DNA of 63,199 nucleotides from Anaerolineae bacterium (GCA_034430335.1 DAOUES010000059.1:1-63199); one strand, 5' to 3'. Counted from the first letter of the stretch, positions 17,513 to 27,554 are shown. Numbers and translations are program-made. The notes: generated from the sequence alone by a model not told the origin.

Positions 17513-18937
17513 ATGAGTCCCTTTATGCGTCGTTCAAACGAAACCCAACACGTACGGCTCCCCCGCCAGGGCCTTGATCTTCCCACGTGGTTGACGGTTG
17601 TCCTGCTGGTCGTATTTGTTGGGGCGATCGTCGGGCTGGCAATGCTGACTTTCAGGGGGGTCAAGAATATCTTCGCAGGCGCGCCCCTGGGGATCGGCGA
17701 TTCGAGTTCTTCGCCGGTGTTTTCGCCTGCCGAGGCCACCGCCCAGGCAGAGGCAGCAGTTGCCGGTGATACGCCGATTTTGAGTGAAGGCCGGGTTACC
17801 GTCTTGTTGATGGGGATCGACGAGCGCGAGGCCGAATACGGTCCCTGGCGCACCGATACGATGATCCTGCTGACGGTCGATCCCAGGTCGCAAACCGCCG
17901 GGATGATTTCGATCCCGCGTGACCTGTGGGTTGCCATCCCCGACTACGAAATATACGACCGTGTCAACAACGCGCATTTCATCGGCGACCGGGATCACTA
18001 TCCGGGCGGGGGCGGCCCGGCGCTGGCGATGAAAACCATCGAACAGAATCTCGGCGTCCAGGTCAGATATTTTGTGACGGTCAACTTTGCGGCTTTTGTC
18101 ACCATCATCGATCACCTGGGCTGCATCGACATCGAAGTCCCTGAAACAATCGACGACCCGGATTACCCGGCCCCGTCAGGTTCGGGCTACGATCCGTTTT
18201 ACCTGGAAGCCGGTGAATACTGCCTGGGGGGTGAAACCCTCCTCAAGTACGCCCGAACACGCGCCACTTTCGGCGGCGACTTCGACCGGGCGCAGCGCCA
18301 GCAGCAGGTGATCTACGCGATCAGGGATCATATTCTCAGCACCGGGCAGCTTCCCAATTTGATCACCCGCGCGCCTGATATTTATGATGCGCTGGCCGAT
18401 AATGTGAATACCAACCTGACCGAAGCCGATATCATCCAGCTTGCCCAGGTAGGGGCCGAAATCCCTGAGGAGAATATCTGCTCGGCGGTGATCAGCGGCG
18501 ACTACATCGAACAGTTGCAAACGCTGGCCGACGGCAGCCAGGTGGCGATCCCGGATCGCACCGATATTCGCCTGCTTATCGAGGATGTTTACAGCGGCAC
18601 CGGGCGCTGTGCTCCCGGCTATGTCGATCCTGCTGTTGGGGCATCGAGTGAAAATGCAACGGTCAATATCCTGAATGGAACGGCCAACGAGGGATTGGCG
18701 ACCCAAACAGGGGATTTCCTGTCCGCGCAGGGGATAAAAATCGCCGGGCTGGGGAACGCCGAAGGCTTCGACTACGCCAACACGGTCATCACCGTATATA
18801 CGGGCAAAATCTACACCGCCCAGCGCATCGCCGAACTGCTGCGCGTGCCTCAGTCAGCGATTGTGGAAGTCGAATCGGAAAACGCCGCCTACGATATCGA
18901 GGTCATCCTGGGCCGGGATTATGTTCCGCAGCAGTAA
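17513..18937 (+). CDS. LytR-CpsA-Psr (LCP) family cell-envelope phosphotransferase with LytR_C domain
   Basis: N-terminal TM, then LLMGIDER...RTDTMILLTVDP....MISIPRDLWV...YARTR....DFDRAQRQQQV. C-terminal V.ILNGT...GLA block. Confidence 0.85.
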   Translation: MSPFMRRSNETQHVRLPRQGLDLPTWLTVVLLVVFVGAIVGLAMLTFRGVKNIFAGAPLGIGDSSSSPVFSPAEATAQAEAAVAGDTPILSEGRVTVLLMGIDEREAEYGPWRTDTMILLTVDPRSQTAGMISIPRDLWVAIPDYEIYDRVNNAHFIGDRDHYPGGGGPALAMKTIEQNLGVQVRYFVTVNFAAFVTIIDHLGCIDIEVPETIDDPDYPAPSGSGYDPFYLEAGEYCLGGETLLKYARTRATFGGDFDRAQRQQQVIYAIRDHILSTGQLPNLITRAPDIYDALADNVNTNLTEADIIQLAQVGAEIPEENICSAVISGDYIEQLQTLADGSQVAIPDRTDIRLLIEDVYSGTGRCAPGYVDPAVGASSENATVNILNGTANEGLATQTGDFLSAQGIKIAGLGNAEGFDYANTVITVYTGKIYTAQRIAELLRVPQSAIVEVESENAAYDIEVILGRDYVPQQ

Positions 18938-18966
18938 ACCTCTATCTGGTGACATCAGAAATATAA

Positions 18967-19004
18967 AGGGACGAACGTTCAACGGTTCGTCCCTGTTTAT
19001 CTTT
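18967..19004. terminator. Bidirectional intrinsic terminator between convergent genes
   Basis: Perfect 10-bp stem AGGGACGAAC / GTTCGTCCCT with an 8-nt loop, followed by GTTTATCTTT and preceded by ATATAAA. Confidence 0.7.
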
Positions 19005-19018
19005 GTGGGGACAGTTGA

Positions 19019-19699
19019 CTAATGCCAACCGTTGACCTTTGCGATTTCTTCGTCTGAGAAAACAACCTCGTGTTTGCCTTCCAGCTTTTCGCGGACCTTT
19101 CGAATGACCAGGTCAAGGTGTTTGCCGTTGGAAACAAAATCCAGGTCGTCGGATGGCACGATGAGCACCTGGCTCAACGTAAAGCTGGCGTTCCAGTCTT
19201 CATAAAGCTTATTTAATTGTTCGAGGTACTTCGGGTCAATATCCTGCTCGAATTCGCGTCCCCGCTTGCGGATGCGATCCAACAGCGTGTCGACCCCCGC
19301 GCGCAGGTAGATCACCAGGTCAGGAGCGGGCAGGAACCGGGTCATCGTTTCATATAATTCGCGATACGTGCGGTAGTCACGGTCGGAAATATGCCCCTGT
19401 CGATGCAGGTTCTTGGCAAATATCTCGGCATCCTCGTATACGCTCCGGTCCTGCACCACCGAGTTGGGATGCTCGATCAACTGGTAATGGTGGAGCAAGC
19501 GCCGTGAAAGGAAAAAAATCTGCGAATGAAAGCTCCAGGTGTGCATATCCTGGTAGAAATCGGCCAGATAAGGATTGTCGTCGACGGCTTCGTAGAACGG
19601 TTCCCACTCCAATCGCTCGGCGATCAACCCGGTCAACGTGCTTTTACCAACGCCTACATTCCCGGCGATTGCCAGGAATTTCTTGCTTGCAATCGTCAT
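19019..19699 (-). CDS. Deoxynucleoside kinase
   Basis: P-loop IAGNVGVGKSTL and the dNK-family blocks EPFYEAVDDNPYLADFY, QIFFLSRR, DRSVYED. ATGA overlap with the upstream paralog. Confidence 0.85.
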   Translation of the reverse strand: MTIASKKFLAIAGNVGVGKSTLTGLIAERLEWEPFYEAVDDNPYLADFYQDMHTWSFHSQIFFLSRRLLHHYQLIEHPNSVVQDRSVYEDAEIFAKNLHRQGHISDRDYRTYRELYETMTRFLPAPDLVIYLRAGVDTLLDRIRKRGREFEQDIDPKYLEQLNKLYEDWNASFTLSQVLIVPSDDLDFVSNGKHLDLVIRKVREKLEGKHEVVFSDEEIAKVNGWH

Positions 19700-20760
19700 T
19701 CCGCCTCCCTTATTTTTGTTCCATACTTTGACTGATCGTTAGTGACGATTTCCATCTTGTCAATACAGGCTTTTTCTAAATCAATACCGGCATAATTACT
19801 GAGCTTGAGCAGATACGCCAGGCAGTCGGCCAGTTCTTCCTGTATTTGCGCCCGGTGTTTTGTGAGGGCCATCCGCTGCGCTTCGCGCTGCTCTTTGCCT
19901 GCCTTATGATACTCGGCCTGTGCCAGCCAGGTCTTTTTTAGCGCACGGGCCAGTTCTCCCACCTCTTCGTTGAGCGCAATGAAATTCATAAATGGGTCAG
20001 GATCGAACCCTTTTTCGGCGTCCAGCGATAGGTGAAATTCCTGCATATCGGCCAGGCTGTGCGCGCCATTTTCCATTTCTTCGAGAATGGCCTTAGTCTC
20101 GCGGATCGACTGCGTTTCGCCCACGCCGGGCAACTGCGCCTGATAAACGCCAAACTTCAGATCGCTCTTGATGCGTTGGAGGACATAAGTCAAATCGTCT
20201 TCGCTGCGCACGAAGTCGAGCGCGTTCGTGTCGATGACCAGGACAGGGGCTTCGTCATAACTGCCGACAAATTCCTCGTAGGCAATCCTTAATTCTTCGA
20301 TATAATCGGGGTCCATGTCACGCTCGTATGGCCGGTCGCGGGCAGCGATGCGCTCCATCAGCACATCCAAATCGGCGCGAAGGAATACCAGCAGGTCGGG
20401 CGTAGGGATTTTTTCGTTGAGTGCGGCGTAAACCCGGTCATACATCGCCAGTTCGTCACCGGACAGGTTGAGGTGAGCGAACAGACTATCTTTGGCAAAG
20501 ATATAGTCTGAGGTCACCGGGCCTCGTCCCAGCCCATCGGTGACGGTCGACAACTGTTGGCGGTAGCGGCTGAGTAAAAAGAACAGTTGAGTCTGGAAGG
20601 CATACCGGGCGCGGTCGGCATAGAAATCGGAGAGAAAGGGGTTCTCTTCGAATTCTTCAAGCAAGATGGTGCCGCCCATTTCTGGTTGAAGCAGGCGCGC
20701 GAGAGTGGTCTTGCCAACCCCGATCGCGCCTTCAATGGCAATAAAGGGATGACGATTCAT
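19696..20760 (-). CDS. Deoxynucleoside kinase fused to a C-terminal MazG-like NTP pyrophosphohydrolase domain
   Basis: N-terminal IEGAIGVGKTTL...EENPFLSDFY...QLFFLLSR. C-terminal NEEVGELARALKK...EELADCLAYLLKLSNYAGIDLEKA is an EExxE-type MazG helix pair. Confidence 0.8.
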   Translation of the reverse strand: MNRHPFIAIEGAIGVGKTTLARLLQPEMGGTILLEEFEENPFLSDFYADRARYAFQTQLFFLLSRYRQQLSTVTDGLGRGPVTSDYIFAKDSLFAHLNLSGDELAMYDRVYAALNEKIPTPDLLVFLRADLDVLMERIAARDRPYERDMDPDYIEELRIAYEEFVGSYDEAPVLVIDTNALDFVRSEDDLTYVLQRIKSDLKFGVYQAQLPGVGETQSIRETKAILEEMENGAHSLADMQEFHLSLDAEKGFDPDPFMNFIALNEEVGELARALKKTWLAQAEYHKAGKEQREAQRMALTKHRAQIQEELADCLAYLLKLSNYAGIDLEKACIDKMEIVTNDQSKYGTKIREAE

Positions 20761-21098
20761 ATCACTGTTATTTCATTGTGCTAAAGCAGTTCACTGTCAA
20801 CGACCTGCGAAAGGAACTACTGCCAGAAAAGCCAAAATGCCCTTGGAAATAAAAACAGCTCAGGTTTCCTGGAGGCTGATACAAGATGATTGGATTGTTT
20901 TGCCTGTTACTATCCGGGGCCGTCCACTGTTGCGAAGAATTAAGCAACAAACCCGGTGGCAGCTTACTGACAGATGATCGGCAGCTTGTCGAATTTCGAC
21001 GCCAAGGCAAGCATACCTTGTCAGTCTCTTGAGACGCAAGCTGGCGTGTTAAAAATTACCTAAAAGACGAAATTTTTAAGGTTGGTGAAGACGCTGCT

Positions 21099-23678
21099 AT
21101 GTCTGGCTCGACGAAAATCATGCTGGTTGACGAGTCCGCCGTCCAACACGTTCTCGAATGTATGCGATCCGCCAGACCGATTGATGACGATAATCCTCTG
21201 CGCCGCCTGGTCTGGGTCCATGCCCAGATTGATTCGTATGGCGCGGTGACTTCACCGGTTGAACACGATGTTGCCCTTTCGGCGATTCTGACCGATCTGA
21301 TCACGGGGCGGCTGCGGCAGTTTCGAGTTATTCACAGAATCCCTACCGATGTGAGTGAACACCGGGAGGAAGCACTCAATGCTTTGCTCCGTGATTTTCA
21401 GCAGGCGAACAGCGAGTTGGAAGGTTGGAGCCTGCTTTACCATCGTTATGTCCAGATCGATCTTGATTTGCAGGTGCAGGAACTTTCGAACGTGTTGGGC
21501 GTGTCTACCCGGCAGGTAAACCGCCGGATGTCGCTGGGCCTGCGCCGCCTGACAGAGATTATCGGCCAGCTCGAGATCAAGGCTCGCCTGGAAAACCGCC
21601 GCCTCTGGCTGCAATTGAAGCTCCCTGCGCCCTCATCCGTCCAACTATTTGGCGATGACAGGGCAGGGGATGATCTTTACGAGTTCTTGCATGATCTATC
21701 TCCTCCCCATGTAACAGTGCTGGTCGGCGCGCGGGGAATCGGCAAAACGGCCCTGGCCCAGGCGGTTGTCCAGCGATTGATCGAAGCTGATCGTTATCAG
21801 GATTTTGCCTGGTTGGATTTTGACGTGCAGACAGCTTACACGACCGTGCTGCACAACCTGGCCCGCGAGTTGGGATATCTTCACCTGTCCAGCACCAACC
21901 CGGACGAAGTCGAAGCCGGGCTGCGGGCCAGGCTGTCGTCGGTGCCTATCCTGGTGGTGCTCGATTCTGCCGATCATATCGAAGACCTCGACAATCTCCT
22001 CCCCCGTTTGGGGAGATTGGTTACACCGGGGCACGCGCTGATCATTTCGCGCCGCCACCCGCCGGTCGAAGCGCCGGTGCGCGCCGTTCAGGTTTCCCCC
22101 CTCGACCTGGACGGCTTTTCCGACCTGCTGCTCGATACTGCCCGCCGCCGCCGCATTTCGCGGACGTTTCATCTCGACGAAACGGCGTTGAGAGACCTGC
22201 ATGCCATGTTGGGGGGCAATCCGCTGGTCGGGCGGATGGTGATCGGCCAGATGGCTTTTCTGCCGCTCGAGAGGGTGATGGAGAATCTTTCCTCCATCCA
22301 GACCGATCAGGGCGATGGCCTGCTACAATCGATGTTTGGCTCGGTCTGGGAAGCCTTAGACGAATCTTCCCGGCAGACTGCCGCAGCGATCAGCCTTTTG
22401 CCATCGAAGGGGGCGACCTGGGAGAAAGTATCAGCCATGTCTCGACTCGATCCCGGCGATCTGGATTCGGCGCTGGAGGTGCTGACCACCTGCTCGCTGG
22501 TCGATGCGTCGGGCGACGAGCCTCTTTATGTGATGTCACCCCTGGCCCGGCGGTTCGTCAGGGAACGGGGCCAGGGGTATTTAAGGCAAATCGTCGAATC
22601 GGCGCAGGCGCAGGGGGACACGTCTCTGTTGCCTTACCTGATCGATCTACTCCCCGTCCAGATTTCCGGCGGGGATGCCCGGCAGGTGGCGGGACTCATC
22701 GTCCAACTGTCGCCGGTCATCCGCCGATCAGGTCAATGGGCCTTGTGGCGGGATGTGCTTTCGGAAGCCGCCGAGCAGCTTCGCCCGACCACCGGCGATC
22801 CGTCCAGCATGGCAGTGATCCTGCTGGAACTGGGGGTCGCTTACCGGTGGCTCGGCAAATTCTCGGTGGCCGGGAAGCTGCTGTCCGAGGCGGTTGCCCT
22901 GTTTGGAGAGTCAGGTGACTACGCTCGACAGGCCGAGGCGTTGATCGAGGTTGGGCGGCTGTCGCAGGACCTGGGCCACACCCAACCGGCATACGAGGCG
23001 TTTCAACGGGCTGCCGCCGCCGCGCTCCGGTACCAGTGTCCGGAAATCCGGCGGCAGGCTTTGAATGGCCTGGTAAACCTGGCCCTGCATAATGATCGAG
23101 TCGAGCAGGCGATGGCACTGTCCCAGCAGGCTTTAGACACATTTGACGACGAAGCACCGGACGGACAGACTCTCAGCACACATGGCGTCGCCTTACTCCG
23201 GGCAGGGGCCGTCGACGAGGCGTTGAGTGTTCAACTGGAGGCGCTTGATCATTTCCACGCCGAAGGGAATATCCCCGGCCAATCGCGGACTCACCTGCGG
23301 TTGGGGATGGCTTACTCAACAGCGGGTGACTATGAGGCGGCGCTCGATCACTTTACCGAGGGCCTGCTCATCATGGAGTCGCTGGGAGACGCGCTGGGCC
23401 GTGCCCGCATCCTCACCAACCTGGGGGCTGTCTATGCCTTGCAGGAACAGTGGGACGGCGCTCGTTCTACCTGGGAGCAGGCGATGGGGCTTCAGCAAAG
23501 CCTCGATGACCGGGTTGGCATGGCCTATACCTGGTACAACCTGGCCGATATGTATTGGAAAGCCGATCAGGAAACCGATGCCCGTGAAGCGCTGACTCGC
23601 GCCCGGCTGCTGGCCGAGCAGTTCAACCTGCTTCCACTGTTGGATACGATTAATCACCACCCGATGAGTATCCTCTGA
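21099..23678 (+). CDS. STAND-class NTPase with N-terminal sigma70-region-4-like HTH and C-terminal TPR array
   Basis: HTH ELSNVLGVSTRQVNRRMSLGLRRL. Walker A VLVGARGIGKTALAQ. Walker B ILVVLDSAD. TPR-like repeats in the C-terminal region (LGVAYRWLGKF..A, LGMAYSTAGDYEAAL, LGAVYALQEQWDGA, LADMYWKADQ). Confidence 0.8.
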   Translation: MSGSTKIMLVDESAVQHVLECMRSARPIDDDNPLRRLVWVHAQIDSYGAVTSPVEHDVALSAILTDLITGRLRQFRVIHRIPTDVSEHREEALNALLRDFQQANSELEGWSLLYHRYVQIDLDLQVQELSNVLGVSTRQVNRRMSLGLRRLTEIIGQLEIKARLENRRLWLQLKLPAPSSVQLFGDDRAGDDLYEFLHDLSPPHVTVLVGARGIGKTALAQAVVQRLIEADRYQDFAWLDFDVQTAYTTVLHNLARELGYLHLSSTNPDEVEAGLRARLSSVPILVVLDSADHIEDLDNLLPRLGRLVTPGHALIISRRHPPVEAPVRAVQVSPLDLDGFSDLLLDTARRRRISRTFHLDETALRDLHAMLGGNPLVGRMVIGQMAFLPLERVMENLSSIQTDQGDGLLQSMFGSVWEALDESSRQTAAAISLLPSKGATWEKVSAMSRLDPGDLDSALEVLTTCSLVDASGDEPLYVMSPLARRFVRERGQGYLRQIVESAQAQGDTSLLPYLIDLLPVQISGGDARQVAGLIVQLSPVIRRSGQWALWRDVLSEAAEQLRPTTGDPSSMAVILLELGVAYRWLGKFSVAGKLLSEAVALFGESGDYARQAEALIEVGRLSQDLGHTQPAYEAFQRAAAAALRYQCPEIRRQALNGLVNLALHNDRVEQAMALSQQALDTFDDEAPDGQTLSTHGVALLRAGAVDEALSVQLEALDHFHAEGNIPGQSRTHLRLGMAYSTAGDYEAALDHFTEGLLIMESLGDALGRARILTNLGAVYALQEQWDGARSTWEQAMGLQQSLDDRVGMAYTWYNLADMYWKADQETDAREALTRARLLAEQFNLLPLLDTINHHPMSIL

Positions 23679-23690
23679 TCGACCTCTATC

Positions 23691-23719
23691 TTGACGAACC
23701 GCCCGCCACCGATTATAAG
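23691..23719 (+). promoter_or_regulatory. Sigma70-type promoter candidate for the glycosyltransferase gene
   Basis: TTGACG (23691-23696), 17-nt spacer, TATAAG (23714-23719), about 45 nt upstream of the CDS. Confidence 0.5.
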
Positions 23720-23764
23720 TAGGTGGGCAATTGAATTGGTGACCTGCCTGTTAAGGATCGTGTT

Positions 23765-24895
23765 TTGCCTGAGAAACCTGCTTCTACTTCCCTGCGTGTC
23801 CTGATGATCTCCAAAGCCTGCCTGATGGGGGCCTACCAGCGCAAGCTGGAAGAGATCGCCGCCTACCCGGAGATCGATCTGACCGTCGTCGTGCCGCCCT
23901 TCTGGAACGGCAAAGGCAACTATATCCCCCTTGAGCGCAAGCACCTGGAAGGCTACCGGATGGAAGTGCTCCCGCTGCGCTTCAACGGGAACTTCCACCT
24001 GCATTATCACCCCGGCCTGCGGGAACTGATCGAGGCGATCAGGCCGCAGATCATCCATATCGACGAGGAGCCGTACAATTTCTCGACGTTCCACGCGCTG
24101 CGGCTGGCCCACCGTTATGAAGCTCAGGGCCTGTTCTTCTCCTGGCAAAACCTGCTGCGGCGCTACCCGCCGCCCTTTGCCCAGATAGAGTGCTGGGTGC
24201 TGCGCCATGCCGATTACGGGATCGCCGGCAACGAGGAGGCAGTCGAGGTGTGGCAGGAAAAGGGCTACAAAGGCCCGCTGGCCGTCATCCCCCAGTTTGG
24301 CGTCGACCCTGTCATATTTTCGCCCGCCGATCAAGCGCCCGACCGCGAGCATTTCACCATCGGCTATGCGGGGCGATTTGTCCCCGAAAAGGGACTGGAT
24401 TTATTGATCCAGGCCGCCGCCGGGCTGTCGGGGAAATGGGTGATGCGCCTGCTGGGTGATGGCCCACTGCGCGAAGAAATTCAAACGCTGGCGGGCGTTT
24501 ACAATATCTCCGGGAGCGTCCGGTTCGAGGAGAAGATTCCCTCCACCGAAATGCCCGGCTTTTACCACCAGCTTGATGCGCTCGTTCTCCCCTCGCGCAC
24601 CTATCCCAACTGGAAAGAGCAGTTTGGCCGCGTCTTGATCGAGGCGATGGCCTGCGGCGTGCCGGTCGTCGGGGCGGAGTCGGGGGCGATCCCCGGCGTG
24701 ATCGGCGCGGCGGGGCTGACCTTTCCCGAAGGCGACGCCGCCGCCTTGCAGCGCCAGCTTCAAACGCTGATCGACGATCCCGATCAACGCCGCGTGTTGT
24801 CCACAGCGGGGCGTGAACGGGTACTCGAACGCTACACCCAGGCGCAGGTCGCCAGCCGGACGGTCGCCATCTACCGGGAACTGGCAGCGTTCTAA
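23765..24895 (+). CDS. GT4-family glycosyltransferase
   Basis: LRVLMISKA N-terminus. C-terminal GT1/GT4 block FVPEKG.DLLI...PSR....EQFGRVLIEAMACGVPVVG..SGAIPGVI. The start codon is uncertain (TTG 23765). Confidence 0.85.
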   Translation: MPEKPASTSLRVLMISKACLMGAYQRKLEEIAAYPEIDLTVVVPPFWNGKGNYIPLERKHLEGYRMEVLPLRFNGNFHLHYHPGLRELIEAIRPQIIHIDEEPYNFSTFHALRLAHRYEAQGLFFSWQNLLRRYPPPFAQIECWVLRHADYGIAGNEEAVEVWQEKGYKGPLAVIPQFGVDPVIFSPADQAPDREHFTIGYAGRFVPEKGLDLLIQAAAGLSGKWVMRLLGDGPLREEIQTLAGVYNISGSVRFEEKIPSTEMPGFYHQLDALVLPSRTYPNWKEQFGRVLIEAMACGVPVVGAESGAIPGVIGAAGLTFPEGDAAALQRQLQTLIDDPDQRRVLSTAGRERVLERYTQAQVASRTVAIYRELAAF

Positions 24896-25056
24896 TACTT
24901 ATTTGATGGACATCCCACCGAGAATACAGGACAATTTCTTGTAAGAAAAGGTGGCTTTATCGCCAGCCTGCTGCCTGTTGTATACTGTGGTCGTCTGGTG
25001 TAGTAATGGCGCTGCCTTTCTGTCGAGAATGACATAGTAGTGAGGATTTCTAGCTG

Positions 25057-27486
25057 ATGTATCGTTCCGATCGTTTTACCGAACGTGCGCAGGATGCGGT
25101 TCAGCGTGCGCTCGAGATACTCCAGCGTTATGGACATACACAAATCGATACCGAACACATCATGCTGGCCCTGTTGGAACAACCAGATGGCGTGACGGGC
25201 CAGATTCTTGAGAAGTTGAACGTCGACCAGGAGCAGCTCACCCAGCGCCTTGACGACGATCTGCGCAATTCGCCCCATTCTGCCGCCGTCTACGGGCAGG
25301 GGGCAGTGCCGGTATTTATCACGCCGCGTGTCAACCGGGTGATCGAAGGCGCACAGGAAGAGGCCAGCCGGCTCAACGACGAATACATCTCGACCGAGCA
25401 TATCTTCCTGGCGATCCTGGGAGATCGCTCGACGCCGTCGTCGCGTTTTCTGCGCGAGGCGGGGGTGACCCGTGAACGGGTCCAGGAGGTGATCCGGGAA
25501 ATACGCGGCGGGCAGCGGGTCACCGACCCGCAGGCCGAGAGCCGCTACCGGACGCTGGCACGCTACAGCCGCGATCTCTCGCGGATGGCTGCCGAGGGGA
25601 AACTCGACCCGGTCATCGGGCGGGACGATGAAATCCTGCGCGTGATCCAGATTCTAAGCCGTCGCACCAAGAACAACCCGGTGCTGATCGGCGAAGCGGG
25701 GGTAGGCAAAACCGCTATCGTCGAGGGACTGGCGCAGAAGATCGTCGCCAACGACGTGCCCGAAATCCTGATGGGCAAGCGGGTGATCGAAATGGACCTG
25801 GCGGCGATGATCGCCGGGTCGCGTTTCCGGGGCGAGTTCGAGGAGCGCCTCAAATCCGCCATAGAAGAAGTGCAGCGCTCTGAGGGGGAGATCATCCTCT
25901 TCATTGACGAGATTCACCAGGTGGTCGGCGCGGGCGCTGCCCAGGGTGCGCTCGACGCTTCGAACATGATGAAGCCCGCCCTGGCGCGCGGCGAACTCCA
26001 GACCATCGGCGCAACGACGCTTGACGAATATCGCCAGCACATCGAGAAGGACTCGGCGCTGGAGCGGCGCTTCGCGCCGGTTTACGTCGAAGAACCCTCG
26101 ATTGACGAAACGATTGAAATGCTCAAAGGGCTGAAAGCCCGCTATGAGGCGCATCACAACGTCACTTATTCCGATGCGGCGCTGGTCGCGGCGGCACGGC
26201 TCAGTCACCGCTATGTGACCGACCGCTTCCTGCCCGACAAAGCCATCGACCTGATCGACGAGGCGGCGGCCAGCGTGCGGGTCGCGCTTTACTCGATGCC
26301 CAACGAACTGAAAGAGATGCGGAACGAGATCGACCGGCTGACCGCCGAGGAAGAACAGGCAGCGCTGAACGGCGATTACCAGGCCGCGGCGCAGTACAAA
26401 ACACAGCGTTTGCAGCTCAAAGGTGAATACGACGAACGATATGGCAAGTGGCAGAAGGACAATACGCTCGACGAAATCGTCGACGAGAAAGATGTCGCTG
26501 CCGTCGTCGCCCGCTGGACGGGGATTCCGGTCAACCAGATGATGGAAACGGAAGCCGAGAAACTGCTCCGGATGGAGGAGGCGCTCCACGAGCGGATCGT
26601 CGGCCAGGACGAAGCGGTCGCCGCCGTCTCCGATGCGATCCGCCGGGCACGCTCCGGCCTGAAAGACCCCAAACGCCCGATCGGGTCGTTCATCTTCCTC
26701 GGATCGTCGGGGGTGGGCAAAACCGAACTGGCTAAAGCGCTGGCCGAGTTCATGTTCGACGACCCGGACGCGCTGCTGCGCATCGATATGAGCGAATATC
26801 GTGAGCAGCACACCACCGCCCGGCTGTTCGGCGCGCCGCCCGGATACGTCGGTTATGAGGAAGGCGGCCAGCTTACCGAAGCCGTCCGCCGCCGCCCATA
26901 CCGCGTCATCCTCTTCGACGAGGTCGAAAAGGCGCACCAGGATGTCTGGAATGCGCTGCTGCAAATCCTGGACGATGGCCGCCTGACGGATGGGCAGGGG
27001 CGCACCATCGACTTCCGCAACACGGTGATCATCATGACCAGCAATCTGGGAACGGAGTTTGCCCGCAAGGGCGGCACGCTGGGCTTCGTCTCAAGCCAGG
27101 ACCCGGAGACGGTGGCCGATCACAGCAAGATCGAAAAGGCGCTGAAGGAAACCTTCCGGCCTGAGTTCCTGAATCGCGTTGACGAGATCATCATCTTCTC
27201 GCCGCTGTCGATTGAGGAGGTCGAGCAGATCGTCGATCTGCAAATGGCCGAGATCGCCACGCGGCTTGAAGAGCAGGGTCTGACCGTCGAACTGACCGAA
27301 GCCGCCCGTGCATGGCTGGCCCGACAGGGCTATGACCCGGCTTTTGGGGCGCGCCCGCTGCGCCGGGCGCTTCAGAAAAGCGTCGAGAGTCCGCTCTCGG
27401 TGCAGCTCCTGCGCGGTGATTTCGAATCTGGGTCGCATGTCATTGTCGATGCCACCGAGGAAGACGGTATTGTCTTCCGCACCTGA
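25057..27486 (+). CDS. clpC: ClpC-type AAA+ chaperone (Clp ATPase, two NBDs, short UVR-like middle domain)
   Basis: Clp_N repeats ([19 protein letters not shown]). Walker [16 protein letters not shown] and [18 protein letters not shown]-like [13 protein letters not shown]. 809 aa. Confidence 0.9.
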   Translation: MYRSDRFTERAQDAVQRALEILQRYGHTQIDTEHIMLALLEQPDGVTGQILEKLNVDQEQLTQRLDDDLRNSPHSAAVYGQGAVPVFITPRVNRVIEGAQEEASRLNDEYISTEHIFLAILGDRSTPSSRFLREAGVTRERVQEVIREIRGGQRVTDPQAESRYRTLARYSRDLSRMAAEGKLDPVIGRDDEILRVIQILSRRTKNNPVLIGEAGVGKTAIVEGLAQKIVANDVPEILMGKRVIEMDLAAMIAGSRFRGEFEERLKSAIEEVQRSEGEIILFIDEIHQVVGAGAAQGALDASNMMKPALARGELQTIGATTLDEYRQHIEKDSALERRFAPVYVEEPSIDETIEMLKGLKARYEAHHNVTYSDAALVAAARLSHRYVTDRFLPDKAIDLIDEAAASVRVALYSMPNELKEMRNEIDRLTAEEEQAALNGDYQAAAQYKTQRLQLKGEYDERYGKWQKDNTLDEIVDEKDVAAVVARWTGIPVNQMMETEAEKLLRMEEALHERIVGQDEAVAAVSDAIRRARSGLKDPKRPIGSFIFLGSSGVGKTELAKALAEFMFDDPDALLRIDMSEYREQHTTARLFGAPPGYVGYEEGGQLTEAVRRRPYRVILFDEVEKAHQDVWNALLQILDDGRLTDGQGRTIDFRNTVIIMTSNLGTEFARKGGTLGFVSSQDPETVADHSKIEKALKETFRPEFLNRVDEIIIFSPLSIEEVEQIVDLQMAEIATRLEEQGLTVELTEAARAWLARQGYDPAFGARPLRRALQKSVESPLSVQLLRGDFESGSHVIVDATEEDGIVFRT

Positions 27487-27515
27487 TCCTGATCGCCGGT
27501 CAGATGGTATATAAT

Positions 27516-27551
27516 CGCCCGCCCTCGATTTTTGGTGGGCGTGTTCTTTTT
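27516..27551 (+). terminator. Intrinsic terminator candidate after clpC
   Basis: CGCCCGCC / GGTGGGCG stem with one mismatch and a T-rich loop, followed by TGTTCTTTTT. Confidence 0.5.
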
Positions 27552-27554
27552 CGG

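Noticed and set aside
20768-21010. 80-codon minus-strand ORF in the dNK / STAND intergenic spacer
   Set aside because: No RBS, Ser/Cys/Phe-rich composition unlike the window's proteins, lower-GC non-coding appearance, and it would end 7 nt before the dNK-MazG start.
21099-23678. Avs-type antiviral STAND protein
   Set aside because: The N-terminal module looks like a DNA-binding HTH rather than a nuclease, protease, SIR2 or TIR effector, and no other defence genes flank it. It is more consistent with a STAND transcriptional regulator, though it should be checked by HMM.
25654-26964. 436-aa minus-strand ORF inside clpC. Similar long shadow ORFs occur at 538-1152, 7246-8079, 28229-29311, 31380-32180, 59559-60329 and 61283-62257.
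   Set aside because: All lie antisense or out of frame within genes that have unmistakable family motifs. Their translations are Arg/Pro/Gly/Ala-rich low-complexity strings typical of spurious ORFs in GC-rich DNA, with no recognisable domains.
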